The translations under genes were made by a program, and so were the position numbers. This document shows, piece after piece, positions 16,709-25,581 of a DNA stretch of 42,745 nt. The DNA comes from Candidatus Bathyarchaeia archaeon (GTDB lineage Archaea; Thermoproteota; Bathyarchaeia; RBG-16-48-13; GCA-020355125), in assembly GCA_041480025.1 (NCBI GenBank), contig JBGOZA010000002.1, forward strand, positions 1-42,745, given 5' to 3'. The notes below the pieces were generated by a model, which did not search any database, was not told the origin of the DNA, and saw only the letters and a program-made list of their open reading frames with translations. How positions within the stretch are numbered: the first letter of the stretch is position 1; the number at the start of each line of letters is the position of its first letter.

Positions 16709-18202
16709 GTGGTGGCAAACCGAGTGACTCCGATAAAACAGACTAGAAGCGTATGCCCCGAATGCCTCAAAGTAATTGATGCATCATTATACGAAGAGGA
16801 TGGAAAAGTATACATAGAAAAAGAATGCCCCGAGCATGGAAAAGTCAAAGAACTATATTGGTCAGACATTTACCAGTATCAACGAGCCCGCAAATACTCC
16901 TCTACCGGAGGAGGAGTAGAAAATCCTCAGACATCCATTGTCCATGGCCACCCCTTTGACTGCGGCCTATGTCCAAATCACAAGTCAACTCCTTCACTGG
17001 CGATCATAGACGTCACAAACCGATGTAATCTGAAATGCCCCATCTGCTTTGCCAACGCCAATGTCACAGGAACAGTCTATGAGCCCAGCAAAGAACAGAT
17101 TCAGAACATGCTAAAGACTCTGAGAGGAATTCAGCCAATACCCCCAGATGGTTTACAGCTAAGCGGTGGTGAACCCACAGTCAGGGAAGACCTTCCAGAA
17201 ATAGTCAGAATGGCTAAAGAATCAGGATTCGATCACATAGAAATCAACACCAACGGAATACAACTCGCTTCAAGCACCGACTATTGCAAGGAACTTCTTG
17301 ACGCCGGAGTAAGCACCATATACCTTCAATTCGATGGTATACGCCCTGAAATCTATTTGACCACGAGAGGAGTACCTCTCTGGGAAACAAAACTCAAGGC
17401 AATAGATAACTGTCGAAAATCAGGCCTTGACAGTATCGTACTGGTTCCGACGATAGTCAAAGGTGTTAACGATGACCAGCTGGGTCCGATAATAGAGTTC
17501 GCTCACAAGAATTTTGATGTGGTTCGCTGTGTCAACTTCCAGCCTGTGTCGATAACGGGGAGAATATCATACGAGAAAAGGAAAGAGATGCGTATAACAA
17601 TCCCAGACTGCACCCGCTTGGTTGAAGAGCAAACTGGTGGCAGAATCAAAGTCTCAGACTTCTATCCTGTTCCAGTAGTAGTCCCGGTGGCTAAGGCTGT
17701 TGGAGCAATCAAAGGCAAGCGTTACCCAGAATTCACGGTCCATGAACACTGTGGAGTAGCCACATTCCTAATTGAAGAAGAGGGAAACCTAGTTCCAATA
17801 ACAAGATTCGCAGACATAGATGGCCTCATGAATAGTATGAACGGAATATATGAATCAGCAAGTAAAGGCGCGAAGACAAAGGCTAAGGTTCAGCTCGTCT
17901 CCTCAAGTCTCCGCAATGTTAGGCTAGGACTCATGAAGCAGCTCGCCGGAGCAGTCTTTCAGGAAGGATCCTACGACTCTCTCGGAAGATTCATGCGACG
18001 TGTACTGATGATAGGAATGATGCACTTCCAAGATCTTTACAACTTTGACCTAGAACGTTTGGAGCGCTGCGGAATTCACTATGTCGTACCAGATGGAAGA
18101 GTCATCCCATTCTGCGCTATGAATTCGATATACAGACCAAGAATAGAGAAAGCTTTCAGCGTACCATTTGAAGAATGGCAGAAGCAAAAACAGAAACCAT
18201 AG
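16709..18202 (+). CDS. radical SAM protein, candidate tetraether lipid synthase (Tes/GDGT-MAS-like)
   Basis: NRCNLKCPICFA is a CxxxCxxC radical SAM motif, with SGGEPT nearby. The N-terminus has CPEC...CPEHG (rubredoxin-like) and CGLCPNH, and there are further C-terminal Cys. The roughly 500-aa size fits COG1964-type enzymes. The radical SAM call is strong; the Tes assignment is tentative. Confidence 0.6.
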   Translation: MVANRVTPIKQTRSVCPECLKVIDASLYEEDGKVYIEKECPEHGKVKELYWSDIYQYQRARKYSSTGGGVENPQTSIVHGHPFDCGLCPNHKSTPSLAIIDVTNRCNLKCPICFANANVTGTVYEPSKEQIQNMLKTLRGIQPIPPDGLQLSGGEPTVREDLPEIVRMAKESGFDHIEINTNGIQLASSTDYCKELLDAGVSTIYLQFDGIRPEIYLTTRGVPLWETKLKAIDNCRKSGLDSIVLVPTIVKGVNDDQLGPIIEFAHKNFDVVRCVNFQPVSITGRISYEKRKEMRITIPDCTRLVEEQTGGRIKVSDFYPVPVVVPVAKAVGAIKGKRYPEFTVHEHCGVATFLIEEEGNLVPITRFADIDGLMNSMNGIYESASKGAKTKAKVQLVSSSLRNVRLGLMKQLAGAVFQEGSYDSLGRFMRRVLMIGMMHFQDLYNFDLERLERCGIHYVVPDGRVIPFCAMNSIYRPRIEKAFSVPFEEWQKQKQKP

Positions 18203-18251
18203 TACATCAAGGTTTTTATCTCTCCCTGCAGTTTCTCGTGTCGATGATTTA

Positions 18252-18581
18252 ATGGGTGGAGCAAAGAAGCTTTCATTAGCTCAAGCAGAAAAGCAACAAG
18301 GCATGCAGACTGGTAAGCAGGAAAAGAAACCCAATGCCCCTAAACCAAAGGCCGCTGTCGAGAAGAAAGTTGGCAGTATTGACCTTCCAGAACTGAAGGA
18401 GAACGAACTCGTTGCAGAACTCTCCAAGATGAAGGCAATAACTCCTTTCCAAGTCTCCTCGAGATACAGTGTTAAACTGAGTGTTGCTAAGACTCTCCTA
18501 GACAAGATGGAGCAGCGCGGGTTCATCAAAATGGTTTGCAGGAATGGGAGCCTGAAGATCTACCGGACAAATGCAGCCTAG
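18252..18581 (+). CDS. rps25e: ribosomal protein S25e
   Basis: Lys-rich N-terminus, then ITPFQVSSRYSVKLSVAKTLLDKMEQRGFIKMV....LKIY, the S25e winged-helix pattern. The ATG at 18252 is preferred over the track start at 18168. Confidence 0.7.
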   Translation: MGGAKKLSLAQAEKQQGMQTGKQEKKPNAPKPKAAVEKKVGSIDLPELKENELVAELSKMKAITPFQVSSRYSVKLSVAKTLLDKMEQRGFIKMVCRNGSLKIYRTNAA

Positions 18582-18964
18582 ATTGCTGGTAGTCTTTCAA
18601 CCTTTATCGGGGTCCCACTGCGAACATTTCTGAAAATCTCTAGACCAGTGACAACTTTACCTATACGGTTCACTGGACTATGAGGACGCATCTGTTTTGT
18701 GAATATACAGACAGAATTTCCCATTGGCCAGTACGCAATATCTCCTTCTGCAGGTTCAAGAGTCGCCTTTTCTGGACCGGACTTAACAGGTACCCCAAAA
18801 TAATACTGGTCTTTCCATATCGCCACCCTGCCCTGAAGCGGCAGGAGATGGATAAGCGTCTCTATGGTTCTTGGAGCGAGGAATCGTATGAATTCTCCTC
18901 TGGCCTCTCCAATTCCTTCTAGGAAGATAATGATAGGTATCCTGGAGATTTCACTGTTCTGCAT
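18578..18964 (-). CDS. cyclophilin-like superfamily protein (TM1367/PF04126-like)
   Basis: FLAPRTIETLIHLLPL, YYFGVPV and EGDIAYWPMGNSVCIF match the cyclophilin-like family pattern as I recall it. Confidence 0.55.
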   Translation of the reverse strand: MQNSEISRIPIIIFLEGIGEARGEFIRFLAPRTIETLIHLLPLQGRVAIWKDQYYFGVPVKSGPEKATLEPAEGDIAYWPMGNSVCIFTKQMRPHSPVNRIGKVVTGLEIFRNVRSGTPIKVERLPAI

Positions 18965-18968
18965 ATAG

Positions 18969-20102
18969 TTACCTCAGGACGGCTTTGACGGACTCGGTTA
19001 TCCGTTTCAAGTCGTTTTCTCTGAGAGCCGGGTGTACGGGCAATGAGAATACTTGTCTTGAAGCCATCTCTGTCGCCGGTAGGCGATCGCCTCCACTTAT
19101 CTGCTTGTAGTATGGTTGCAGATGGATAGGTCTCGGATAGTAAACTTGGCAATCAACTCTGTGTTCTCTTATCCTTCTAACTATGTTATCTCTTCTCGCT
19201 GAGTTTGCCCCTCGAAGACGTACAGTGTACACGTACCATGCATGTTTGTATCCTTCTGGTTCTGAAGGTAGCTGAAGATTATCCAGTGAAGATAGAGCTT
19301 CGGTAATAACTGCCGCGTTCTTCTTCCGTGCCTCTAGGAACTTGGTAAGCTTTCCTAGTTGAACACAACCTATTGCTGCTTCTAATTCTGGCATACGATA
19401 GTTGTGGCCAAGCATGGTTGATTGATATAGACGGTTCTCTCCATGGTTTCGAACCATCATGGCTGTTTCAGCGAATTCTCTGTTATTCGTCGTCAACATT
19501 CCCCCTTCTCCTGTAACCATGTTCTTGCTGCCATAGAAGCTGAAGCAACCGATGTCTCCCAAATTGCCGGCACGCTTTTCATGATATTCTGCACCATGGG
19601 CTTGAGCGGCATCTTCTATCACGGTAAGATTATTGTCCTCAGCCAACTCAAGAATAGGGTCCATGTCAGCGGGTAAACCATACAGGTGAACTGGAATGAT
19701 GGCTTTGGCGCGGCTCGTTATTGCGGCCTGAACTTCTTCTGGGTCCATGCAATATGTTGATGGATCTATGTCGACAAACACGGGTGTTGCGCCCGTGAGT
19801 GCCACCATCTCTGCTGTGGCAACGAAGGTGAAACTCGGGACTATGACTTCATCCTTCGGACCGACATTCGCAGAAAGCAATGCCGCATGAAGCGCCGCTG
19901 TACCACTGTTCACAGCTACTGCAAACTTGGTTCCAATGAAGTTCGCAAAGGAAGATTCGAGTTGAGTCACTTGTTGCCCAGCACCTCCCTTATTGGTCAA
20001 GATCCCACTACGAATTACTCTGGCAACAGCTCGCATCTCTTCCACATCAAGTATTGGCCGATTGATAGGAATCATATCTTGGGAACTCATTTTTCTCGCC
20101 AT
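18969..20102 (-). CDS. DegT/DnrJ/EryC1/StrS-family PLP-dependent sugar aminotransferase
   Basis: SGTAALHAALL, DEVIVPSFTFVATAE and IEDAAQAHGA are present. CFSFYGSKNMVTGEGGM retains the lysine. Confidence 0.85.
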   Translation of the reverse strand: MARKMSSQDMIPINRPILDVEEMRAVARVIRSGILTNKGGAGQQVTQLESSFANFIGTKFAVAVNSGTAALHAALLSANVGPKDEVIVPSFTFVATAEMVALTGATPVFVDIDPSTYCMDPEEVQAAITSRAKAIIPVHLYGLPADMDPILELAEDNNLTVIEDAAQAHGAEYHEKRAGNLGDIGCFSFYGSKNMVTGEGGMLTTNNREFAETAMMVRNHGENRLYQSTMLGHNYRMPELEAAIGCVQLGKLTKFLEARKKNAAVITEALSSLDNLQLPSEPEGYKHAWYVYTVRLRGANSARRDNIVRRIREHRVDCQVYYPRPIHLQPYYKQISGGDRLPATEMASRQVFSLPVHPALRENDLKRITESVKAVLR

Positions 20103-20295
20103 GAAGAAGATTTGTACAAGTAACTACGACGTATGCTTCTGTGATGTAATAAGCTTGTTCTTGGAACCCTAGAATATAGATGAGTAGAGAAATCTAGTGT
20201 TGGGGCAATATTTATATGTGAATCAGTGAATGGTAGGCCTTTACTCAGAGGCCTTCTATCTTTGTTGTTCAAAATAAGTTTAACTGAGGAGCCTT

Positions 20296-20568
20296 ATGTC
20301 AAGAACGCGAGGTCGGATTGTTTTGAATGATATACTAATAGGGCCTCCGCGTATGACACGTTTCGAGAAAGCTAGAATTGTCGGAGCCAGAGCGCTACAA
20401 ATCGCGATGGGTGCCCCTGTTCTTATAGATACCGCAGGTTCCGTTTCATCAGGTTCTATAGACATAGCCATGAAGGAGCTTAAGGATAAAGTTCTCCCGA
20501 TGACAGTTAGAAGACGGCTTCCAGACGGGACTTCTCAAGATATTCCAATACAATGGTTTGAATGGTAA
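20296..20568 (+). CDS. rpoK: DNA-directed RNA polymerase subunit K (Rpo6)
   Basis: [26 protein letters not shown] is the Rpb6/RpoK signature. The true start could be the internal ATG at that motif. Confidence 0.8.
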   Translation: MSRTRGRIVLNDILIGPPRMTRFEKARIVGARALQIAMGAPVLIDTAGSVSSGSIDIAMKELKDKVLPMTVRRRLPDGTSQDIPIQWFEW

Positions 20569-20574
20569 TAGCGT

Positions 20575-21057
20575 CTACGTTGTCATGATTCTTGTCATGA
20601 CAAAAGCCGTTTCACCATCTCTATAGTAACCTTTTATTCTTCTACTAGTGTTGAAACCAAACTTCTGGTAGAGGTCAATCGCAACCTTATTACTCTCACG
20701 GACTTCTAGAAAAGTCTCAGAAACCTGGTACTCTTTAAAGCCCTCCAAAGCCTTTTCCAAAAGACTTGAACCTATCCCTTTGTTTCTGTGTTCTGGGACA
20801 ACAGCGATAGATACGACATGACCTTTGCGGATGAGTGAGAAACGCTTCAATTCTGAGAAGCCGGTTTCTATTCTACCCATCATATAGCCAACGATTTTTC
20901 CATCTTGTTCAGCGACCACGGATGTTTTTGGATAGTGATAGAAGAGGCTGAGAAAGAATGCGTTGTCATAGTTTTCTGGAAGATTCGTCCAGTTGATTCT
21001 TACGACTTCATCTAGGTCCTTTTCTTCAAAGAGTCTGATTGCGTAGGCTCTGATCAT
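20575..21057 (-). CDS. GNAT N-acetyltransferase (RimI/Ard1-like)
   Basis: VSIAVVPEHRNKGIGSSLLEKAL is the acetyl-CoA Q/RxxGxG/A motif, together with LEVRESNKVAIDLYQKFGF. The ATG at 21057 overlaps the larA-like stop (ATGA). Confidence 0.8.
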   Translation of the reverse strand: MIRAYAIRLFEEKDLDEVVRINWTNLPENYDNAFFLSLFYHYPKTSVVAEQDGKIVGYMMGRIETGFSELKRFSLIRKGHVVSIAVVPEHRNKGIGSSLLEKALEGFKEYQVSETFLEVRESNKVAIDLYQKFGFNTSRRIKGYYRDGETAFVMTRIMTT

Positions 21058-22334
21058 GCTGTATTTCCTGCGTATGTCGCATCGATTATGGGTAAAGTAT
21101 TTGGACACTGAGGCATAACAAGAACTTTTGCCTTTCTATTTAGCATCCTATACGCCATATTCAGAGCTACGTTAGTTGTCTTGGCTGTTCTAAGGTGGAA
21201 GACTTTCGAGGCATAATAGTCTGGCATTGTGGACACAAGTATTATCCTCACCTGCTCTAAGGCTCTCATCAAGTAATACGCCATGTGTCCCCCCAACACG
21301 AATCGTTTACGGATTTCTTTCTTCATGTCACCAGAGGTTTTGAAATTGGACATCCAATCGTAGAACGTCCTGTTCCCAAATCCTTCTTGGCATTCAGCTA
21401 CAAGAATTATGACTCCATCATTGGAAACTACGTTCATTGCTGTGTCTAGACTTGTGCAGGCATGATAAAGGTCCAAGTCTCGGGGATGTCCTCCAGGGCT
21501 AGCTACTACAACATCGGCTTTGCTTCGCACAGGAACCTTACATATTTCATCCACAAGTCTGACTCCTTCCTGGAATACTAGATTCATGTCTCCAGCAAAG
21601 GCTTTGACAATCTCCTTCTGAGGTGTCAATACCACGTTCAGTGTGAAGTCAGGCTTCGCCAAATGAGCTGCTTCAACCATGTCTAGATGAACCGGATTTC
21701 TCTCGAGGCTTCCAGCTTTAGCTCCTTCATCTATTATGAAGGAATGATTATGTTCGATTGATGCAGTATCCGCTATCGCAGGCAGAACACTTTTTCTTCC
21801 TCCTCCATAACCTGCGAAATAATGAGGTTGCACGTCTCCTGTGAGGATCTTTAGATCGGCTTCTGCAAAGGCCTTGTTGATTCTTACCTTCGTGCCTCTG
21901 CTGGTTTCACCCAGGTAAACCTGATCAGATGCACCTGCTTCGTGAACTAAAAGATGAACACGCTTTGCACAGTCTTCTCCGATGACTAAACCTGCTTCTT
22001 CAATACTCATTGTTGAGTGAATGCCACATCCAAAAAGGACAGTTATGTCGCCGTCTTTGACACCAGCATTGTTCAATCTAGAAACAAGAGATTGAACCAA
22101 AACGCGACTTGGGAGGGGTCTGGTCTTATCATCAACAACTATGCAGACCGTATCTCCTGCCTTAGCAAGACTCTCAACTTTGCGGGTTCCAATCGGATTC
22201 TCCAAAGCGTTGGCTATCTCTTGTTCAGGATTTGGGATAGCTGATTTCTTGTTAGGCTCAATAATCCCTAAGAGATTTTCATCTGCGATTCTTACAGGAG
22301 TCTCAGTTTTGCCGTAGGGTAGCCAGCACTCCAT
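21054..22334 (-). CDS. LarA-like nickel-pincer-dependent racemase/epimerase (DUF2088)
   Basis: N-terminal DUF2088-like region. HYFAGYGGGRKSVLPAIADTASIEHNHS has His, Lys(+10) and His(+26). This spacing matches L. plantarum LarA His174/Lys184/His200 (numbering from memory). An upstream GCGIHS is a candidate His108 equivalent. Confidence 0.75.
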   Translation of the reverse strand: MECWLPYGKTETPVRIADENLLGIIEPNKKSAIPNPEQEIANALENPIGTRKVESLAKAGDTVCIVVDDKTRPLPSRVLVQSLVSRLNNAGVKDGDITVLFGCGIHSTMSIEEAGLVIGEDCAKRVHLLVHEAGASDQVYLGETSRGTKVRINKAFAEADLKILTGDVQPHYFAGYGGGRKSVLPAIADTASIEHNHSFIIDEGAKAGSLERNPVHLDMVEAAHLAKPDFTLNVVLTPQKEIVKAFAGDMNLVFQEGVRLVDEICKVPVRSKADVVVASPGGHPRDLDLYHACTSLDTAMNVVSNDGVIILVAECQEGFGNRTFYDWMSNFKTSGDMKKEIRKRFVLGGHMAYYLMRALEQVRIILVSTMPDYYASKVFHLRTAKTTNVALNMAYRMLNRKAKVLVMPQCPNTLPIIDATYAGNTA

Positions 22335-22469
22335 TTTACAGACACCAATATTAGAGGCTGGTGAACGTGGTTCGCTGGCGAATTTAAGATTAGCGTAAAG
22401 GTCTCTGCTACAGAACTGAAGGAAGCGCTAAAAAGGTGGGAGAACAAGACTAATACTAGGTGAGAATTA

Positions 22470-23102
22470 TTGGCTTGGACAACTGAAAAGGAGAGGCTCA
22501 AAGCCGAACTATGTACGCTTCTGACACGAATAGGCGCTTTGAAATTTGGCACATTCACGTTGAGTGGCGGGAAACTTAGCACGTATTATGTCGATATGAG
22601 AATCGTTCCTAGTTTTCCAGAGGCTTTCGAGACGGTCGAGAACGTGTACATGAATTTGGCTGAGAACGATGTTGGTTTGGACAGTTTCGCTCGCATAGCT
22701 GGAATACCCACTGCAGGGGTTCCTTTTGCGTCCGTCTTGGCATATCTACTTCATAAACCGTTTCTCTATGTTAGACAAGAAGCCAAGAGTCATGGCAGAG
22801 AAAGACGGGTTGAAGGAATTCTCCATCCGGGAGACAAGGTTCTCGTAGTGGATGACTTGGTAACTAGTGGCGGAAGTCTACTCAACGCTGTTGATGCCAT
22901 TATATCTGAAGGTGGACTTGTTGAGAATGCGCTTGTTCTGATTGACCGGGAAGAAGGTGGCAAAGAAGCTCTAAAGAGCAAGAAGATTAGTCTCAGCTCT
23001 ATTGCATCAATGTCCGAGGTAGCTAAGCTATTGTATAGTAAGGAAGTCATCACCAAGCATGAGCTGTCTTCAATCCTTGGCCAGATCAAGAAGACCCCTT
23101 GA
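22470..23102 (+). CDS. pyrE: orotate phosphoribosyltransferase
   Basis: GALKFGTFTLSGGKLSTYYVDMR, and the PRPP loop VLVVDDLVTSGGS. TTG start. Confidence 0.85.
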   Translation: MAWTTEKERLKAELCTLLTRIGALKFGTFTLSGGKLSTYYVDMRIVPSFPEAFETVENVYMNLAENDVGLDSFARIAGIPTAGVPFASVLAYLLHKPFLYVRQEAKSHGRERRVEGILHPGDKVLVVDDLVTSGGSLLNAVDAIISEGGLVENALVLIDREEGGKEALKSKKISLSSIASMSEVAKLLYSKEVITKHELSSILGQIKKTP

Positions 23103-23223
23103 AGCTAGAACTAGCTAACAGTTGTGCAACAGAACCAAAGTCTTCACTCTATTACTCTGCTTCTTTATTCTTGTTTGAAGTGATGAGCGCGCTAGATAGG
23201 TGAGGCATCCCGCTTGTAGCAAG

Positions 23224-23253
23224 AATGAGGACAAAGACTTTTATCCTCATTTT
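23224..23253 (+). terminator. hairpin plus T-run downstream of pyrE
   Basis: AATGAGGA (23224-23231) pairs with TCCTCATT (23244-23251) across a 12-nt loop and runs into TTTT. Confidence 0.3.
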
Positions 23254-23351
23254 CCTTGCATGTTGATGCAACGAAAACGAAGAACAGGGAAAAAGGTACG
23301 TTCATACGCGCTTGACACTGTTCCAGCATCACCTCTAGAAGATGTGACCTA

Positions 23352-24434
23352 ATGCTTCGTAGAGCCGAATTGAAAATCCTAACTGCATTGCATGATAATC
23401 CTCTCGGCGACATCAACTCTCTTAGCAGACTCGTGAATATGTCACCTGCAACTTTTGCAAGAAATCTTCTGAAGCTACAGTCGAAGGGTCTTCTCGACAA
23501 AGATGGATTTGTATCCGCCCAGATAGCCTATTCTGCCTTGGGACTTGAGCTTGTCTCTGTCTTCATGGAATGCCTTCCAGAAAATCTCCCCAAAATAGAG
23601 AGCATGTGTGAAATTCATCCCTACTCCGCCTACAAGATTCGTTGCTTCGGTTCAACCAACGGAGTTTTCGCGCTTTTCGCAGTCCCAACAGGCTCAGTAT
23701 CCTCACTGATTTCTCTACTAGATGCTCTAGAGACAAAAAGGGTCTTCACAAGCTACCGCATCCACAGGCTCCTGAATGAACAAATCTACACCGAGGCTGA
23801 CTTCAGATACTACGACAACAGAACGGGAACTTGGTCATTCAGATGGGATGAATGGGAGAAGTTGATAGGTCAAGCGGGCGAATTCGAACTAGAGGAATGC
23901 CCCCCTCCTGTTCTACATCAGATGACTGCTCTGGACATGAAGATTCTTAGACATCTTTCCATGCATGCCCGCAGAGAGAGGAAAGATATTGCGAAGGAAG
24001 TGGATATTCCTGCCTATCACCTAAGTAGACGTCTGAATTTCTATAGGGCGAACCGAATAATCAGAGCATACAGAATCCTTTTCGGGTTGACATCATTGAA
24101 TCTAGTTGCACCTGCTCTGGCAGAATGTTTCGTTGATTCTCAATCGAAGGACAGGATTGCCTATGCTGTGTCAAGACTGCCTTTTCAAGGGAATTTTATC
24201 CCAACTGACTCCGGCTTTGTATTATACTTGACCTTGCCAGCGCCAGATTTCCCAAAATTCGCTGAAGTGTTGCTGAGATATGTTGACAAGGCAAATCTCA
24301 TGTGGGGCGACTATGCGTCAAGCGTTAGATATTGGTTTGACAGCGAAGAAACCAGCAATTTCAGAGACGGGCGTTGGCTTGCCACAAGAGAATTTCTCCT
24401 AGACAACATAATCGAACGTCTAAAGCTTGAATAA
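23352..24434 (+). CDS. tandem Lrp/AsnC-like protein (two HTH plus putative RAM-like modules)
   Basis: Two HTH_AsnC-like segments: AELKILTALHDNPLGDINSLSRLVNMSPATFARNLLKLQSKGLL and LDMKILRHLSMHARRERKDIAKEVDIPAYHLSRRLNFYRANRII. Each is followed by roughly 100 aa of beta-alpha-like sequence. Confidence 0.5.
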   Translation: MLRRAELKILTALHDNPLGDINSLSRLVNMSPATFARNLLKLQSKGLLDKDGFVSAQIAYSALGLELVSVFMECLPENLPKIESMCEIHPYSAYKIRCFGSTNGVFALFAVPTGSVSSLISLLDALETKRVFTSYRIHRLLNEQIYTEADFRYYDNRTGTWSFRWDEWEKLIGQAGEFELEECPPPVLHQMTALDMKILRHLSMHARRERKDIAKEVDIPAYHLSRRLNFYRANRIIRAYRILFGLTSLNLVAPALAECFVDSQSKDRIAYAVSRLPFQGNFIPTDSGFVLYLTLPAPDFPKFAEVLLRYVDKANLMWGDYASSVRYWFDSEETSNFRDGRWLATREFLLDNIIERLKLE

Positions 24435-24745
24435 TCCGCACACTTGTATCTCCATAACTGCTTCCATAGATGCATGATCTCTAGCTCTGATGTGAGTCTC
24501 TATCAGAAACAGTAGGCCAAATCAATCATCGGTACTTTCAAGAGCATATGGATACTTGATAATGGATGGCTTCAGATCTCATAGAATTCTTCATCAAATC
24601 AGCGCTCTTCCTTTCTTCATAAGCCAATGGAACATTTTCTGTCTGCAATATAAGATCATGCGTAGGGTTCAGGAATTAGTTCGTTGTTACAGATCGGCTA
24701 AAAGTTAATTATTGTAGGTCCCCTGTGAAATCTGGATGGACCACT

Positions 24746-25579
24746 ATGGAGCTTCCTGAGTTAGCTATACTCGCAAGAGAGATGTCCACAGAAATAGTTT
24801 GTAGGACTGTATCAGAAGTTGAGGTGGAGAATCCAAAATGCCTGAATATGCCTTTGGACGAGTTCCAAAAAACCATCAAGGGAAGGCATGTACAATCTGT
24901 TGAGTGTAGAGGCAAATGGCTCTTTGTAGGGCTTGACTCTGACAGGACTCTTCTATTCAATCCGGGGATGGGTGTTGATATAATCTACTTTGAAAGAGGG
25001 GGTACATTGCCAGACAGGTATCACATCAAGTTTGTATTGGATAATGCTACCGGTTTTACAGTTCGTGTCTGGTGGTTCTGTTACCTTCATCTTATGCATA
25101 CGACTAGGCTAGGGGAACACAAACTCACCGGCTGCTTGGGTAGAAGCCCTCTTGAAAAAGAGTTTACGTTAGACCATTTCAAGAAATTGCTAGCTGCAAA
25201 AGGGGGGAACATAAAGAGTTTCATGCTTGATCAGAAAAACATTGCTGGTATTGGCAACGTCTACATTCAGGATATCTTGTTCAATGCCGGGCTCCATCCA
25301 AAGCGTCAAATCAACTCAATCACACCGACAGAGACGGAAGCCCTCTTCAGATCAATGATAGCTATTCTCAATCATAGTATTGAGCTTGGAGGTCTGGCCT
25401 ATGAGAGAGATTTCTATGGCAACAAAGGTGGATATGGTCGTGAACAATTCAAGATAGCATACAAATCTGGTGAACACTGTCCTAACTGCGATGAGATAAT
25501 ACAGAAGATCAAGACAGGTTCGACTAGCAGTTTCATATGTCCTAACTGCCAACCTTTTGACTCTCACATACCAACGTGA
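24746..25579 (+). CDS. Fpg/Nei-family DNA glycosylase homologue (atypical N-terminus)
   Basis: MELPELAILAREM compares with the canonical MPELPEVE. RGKWLF is present, as is the H2TH motif DQKNIAGIGNVYIQDILFNAGLHP. The C-terminal zinc finger is CPNC...CPNC. Confidence 0.75.
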   Translation: MELPELAILAREMSTEIVCRTVSEVEVENPKCLNMPLDEFQKTIKGRHVQSVECRGKWLFVGLDSDRTLLFNPGMGVDIIYFERGGTLPDRYHIKFVLDNATGFTVRVWWFCYLHLMHTTRLGEHKLTGCLGRSPLEKEFTLDHFKKLLAAKGGNIKSFMLDQKNIAGIGNVYIQDILFNAGLHPKRQINSITPTETEALFRSMIAILNHSIELGGLAYERDFYGNKGGYGREQFKIAYKSGEHCPNCDEIIQKIKTGSTSSFICPNCQPFDSHIPT

Positions 25580-25581
25580 AG

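Noticed and set aside
23180-23186. GTGATGA, an exact C-box-like heptamer, in the pyrE downstream spacer; I also examined other spacers for C/D-box sRNAs.
   Set aside because: No CUGA D box or C'/D' pair lies at appropriate spacing, here or in the other long spacers (20103-20295, 24435-24745 and 41801-42053).
23192-23500. 102-aa minus-strand ORF spanning the pyrE/HTH-gene spacer, and the similar ORFs 41068..41454, 40309..40602 and 24709..24960.
   Set aside because: They overlap the starts of well-supported genes or cross promoter spacers. Their translations are Cys/Ser/Arg-rich with no motifs and no RBS.
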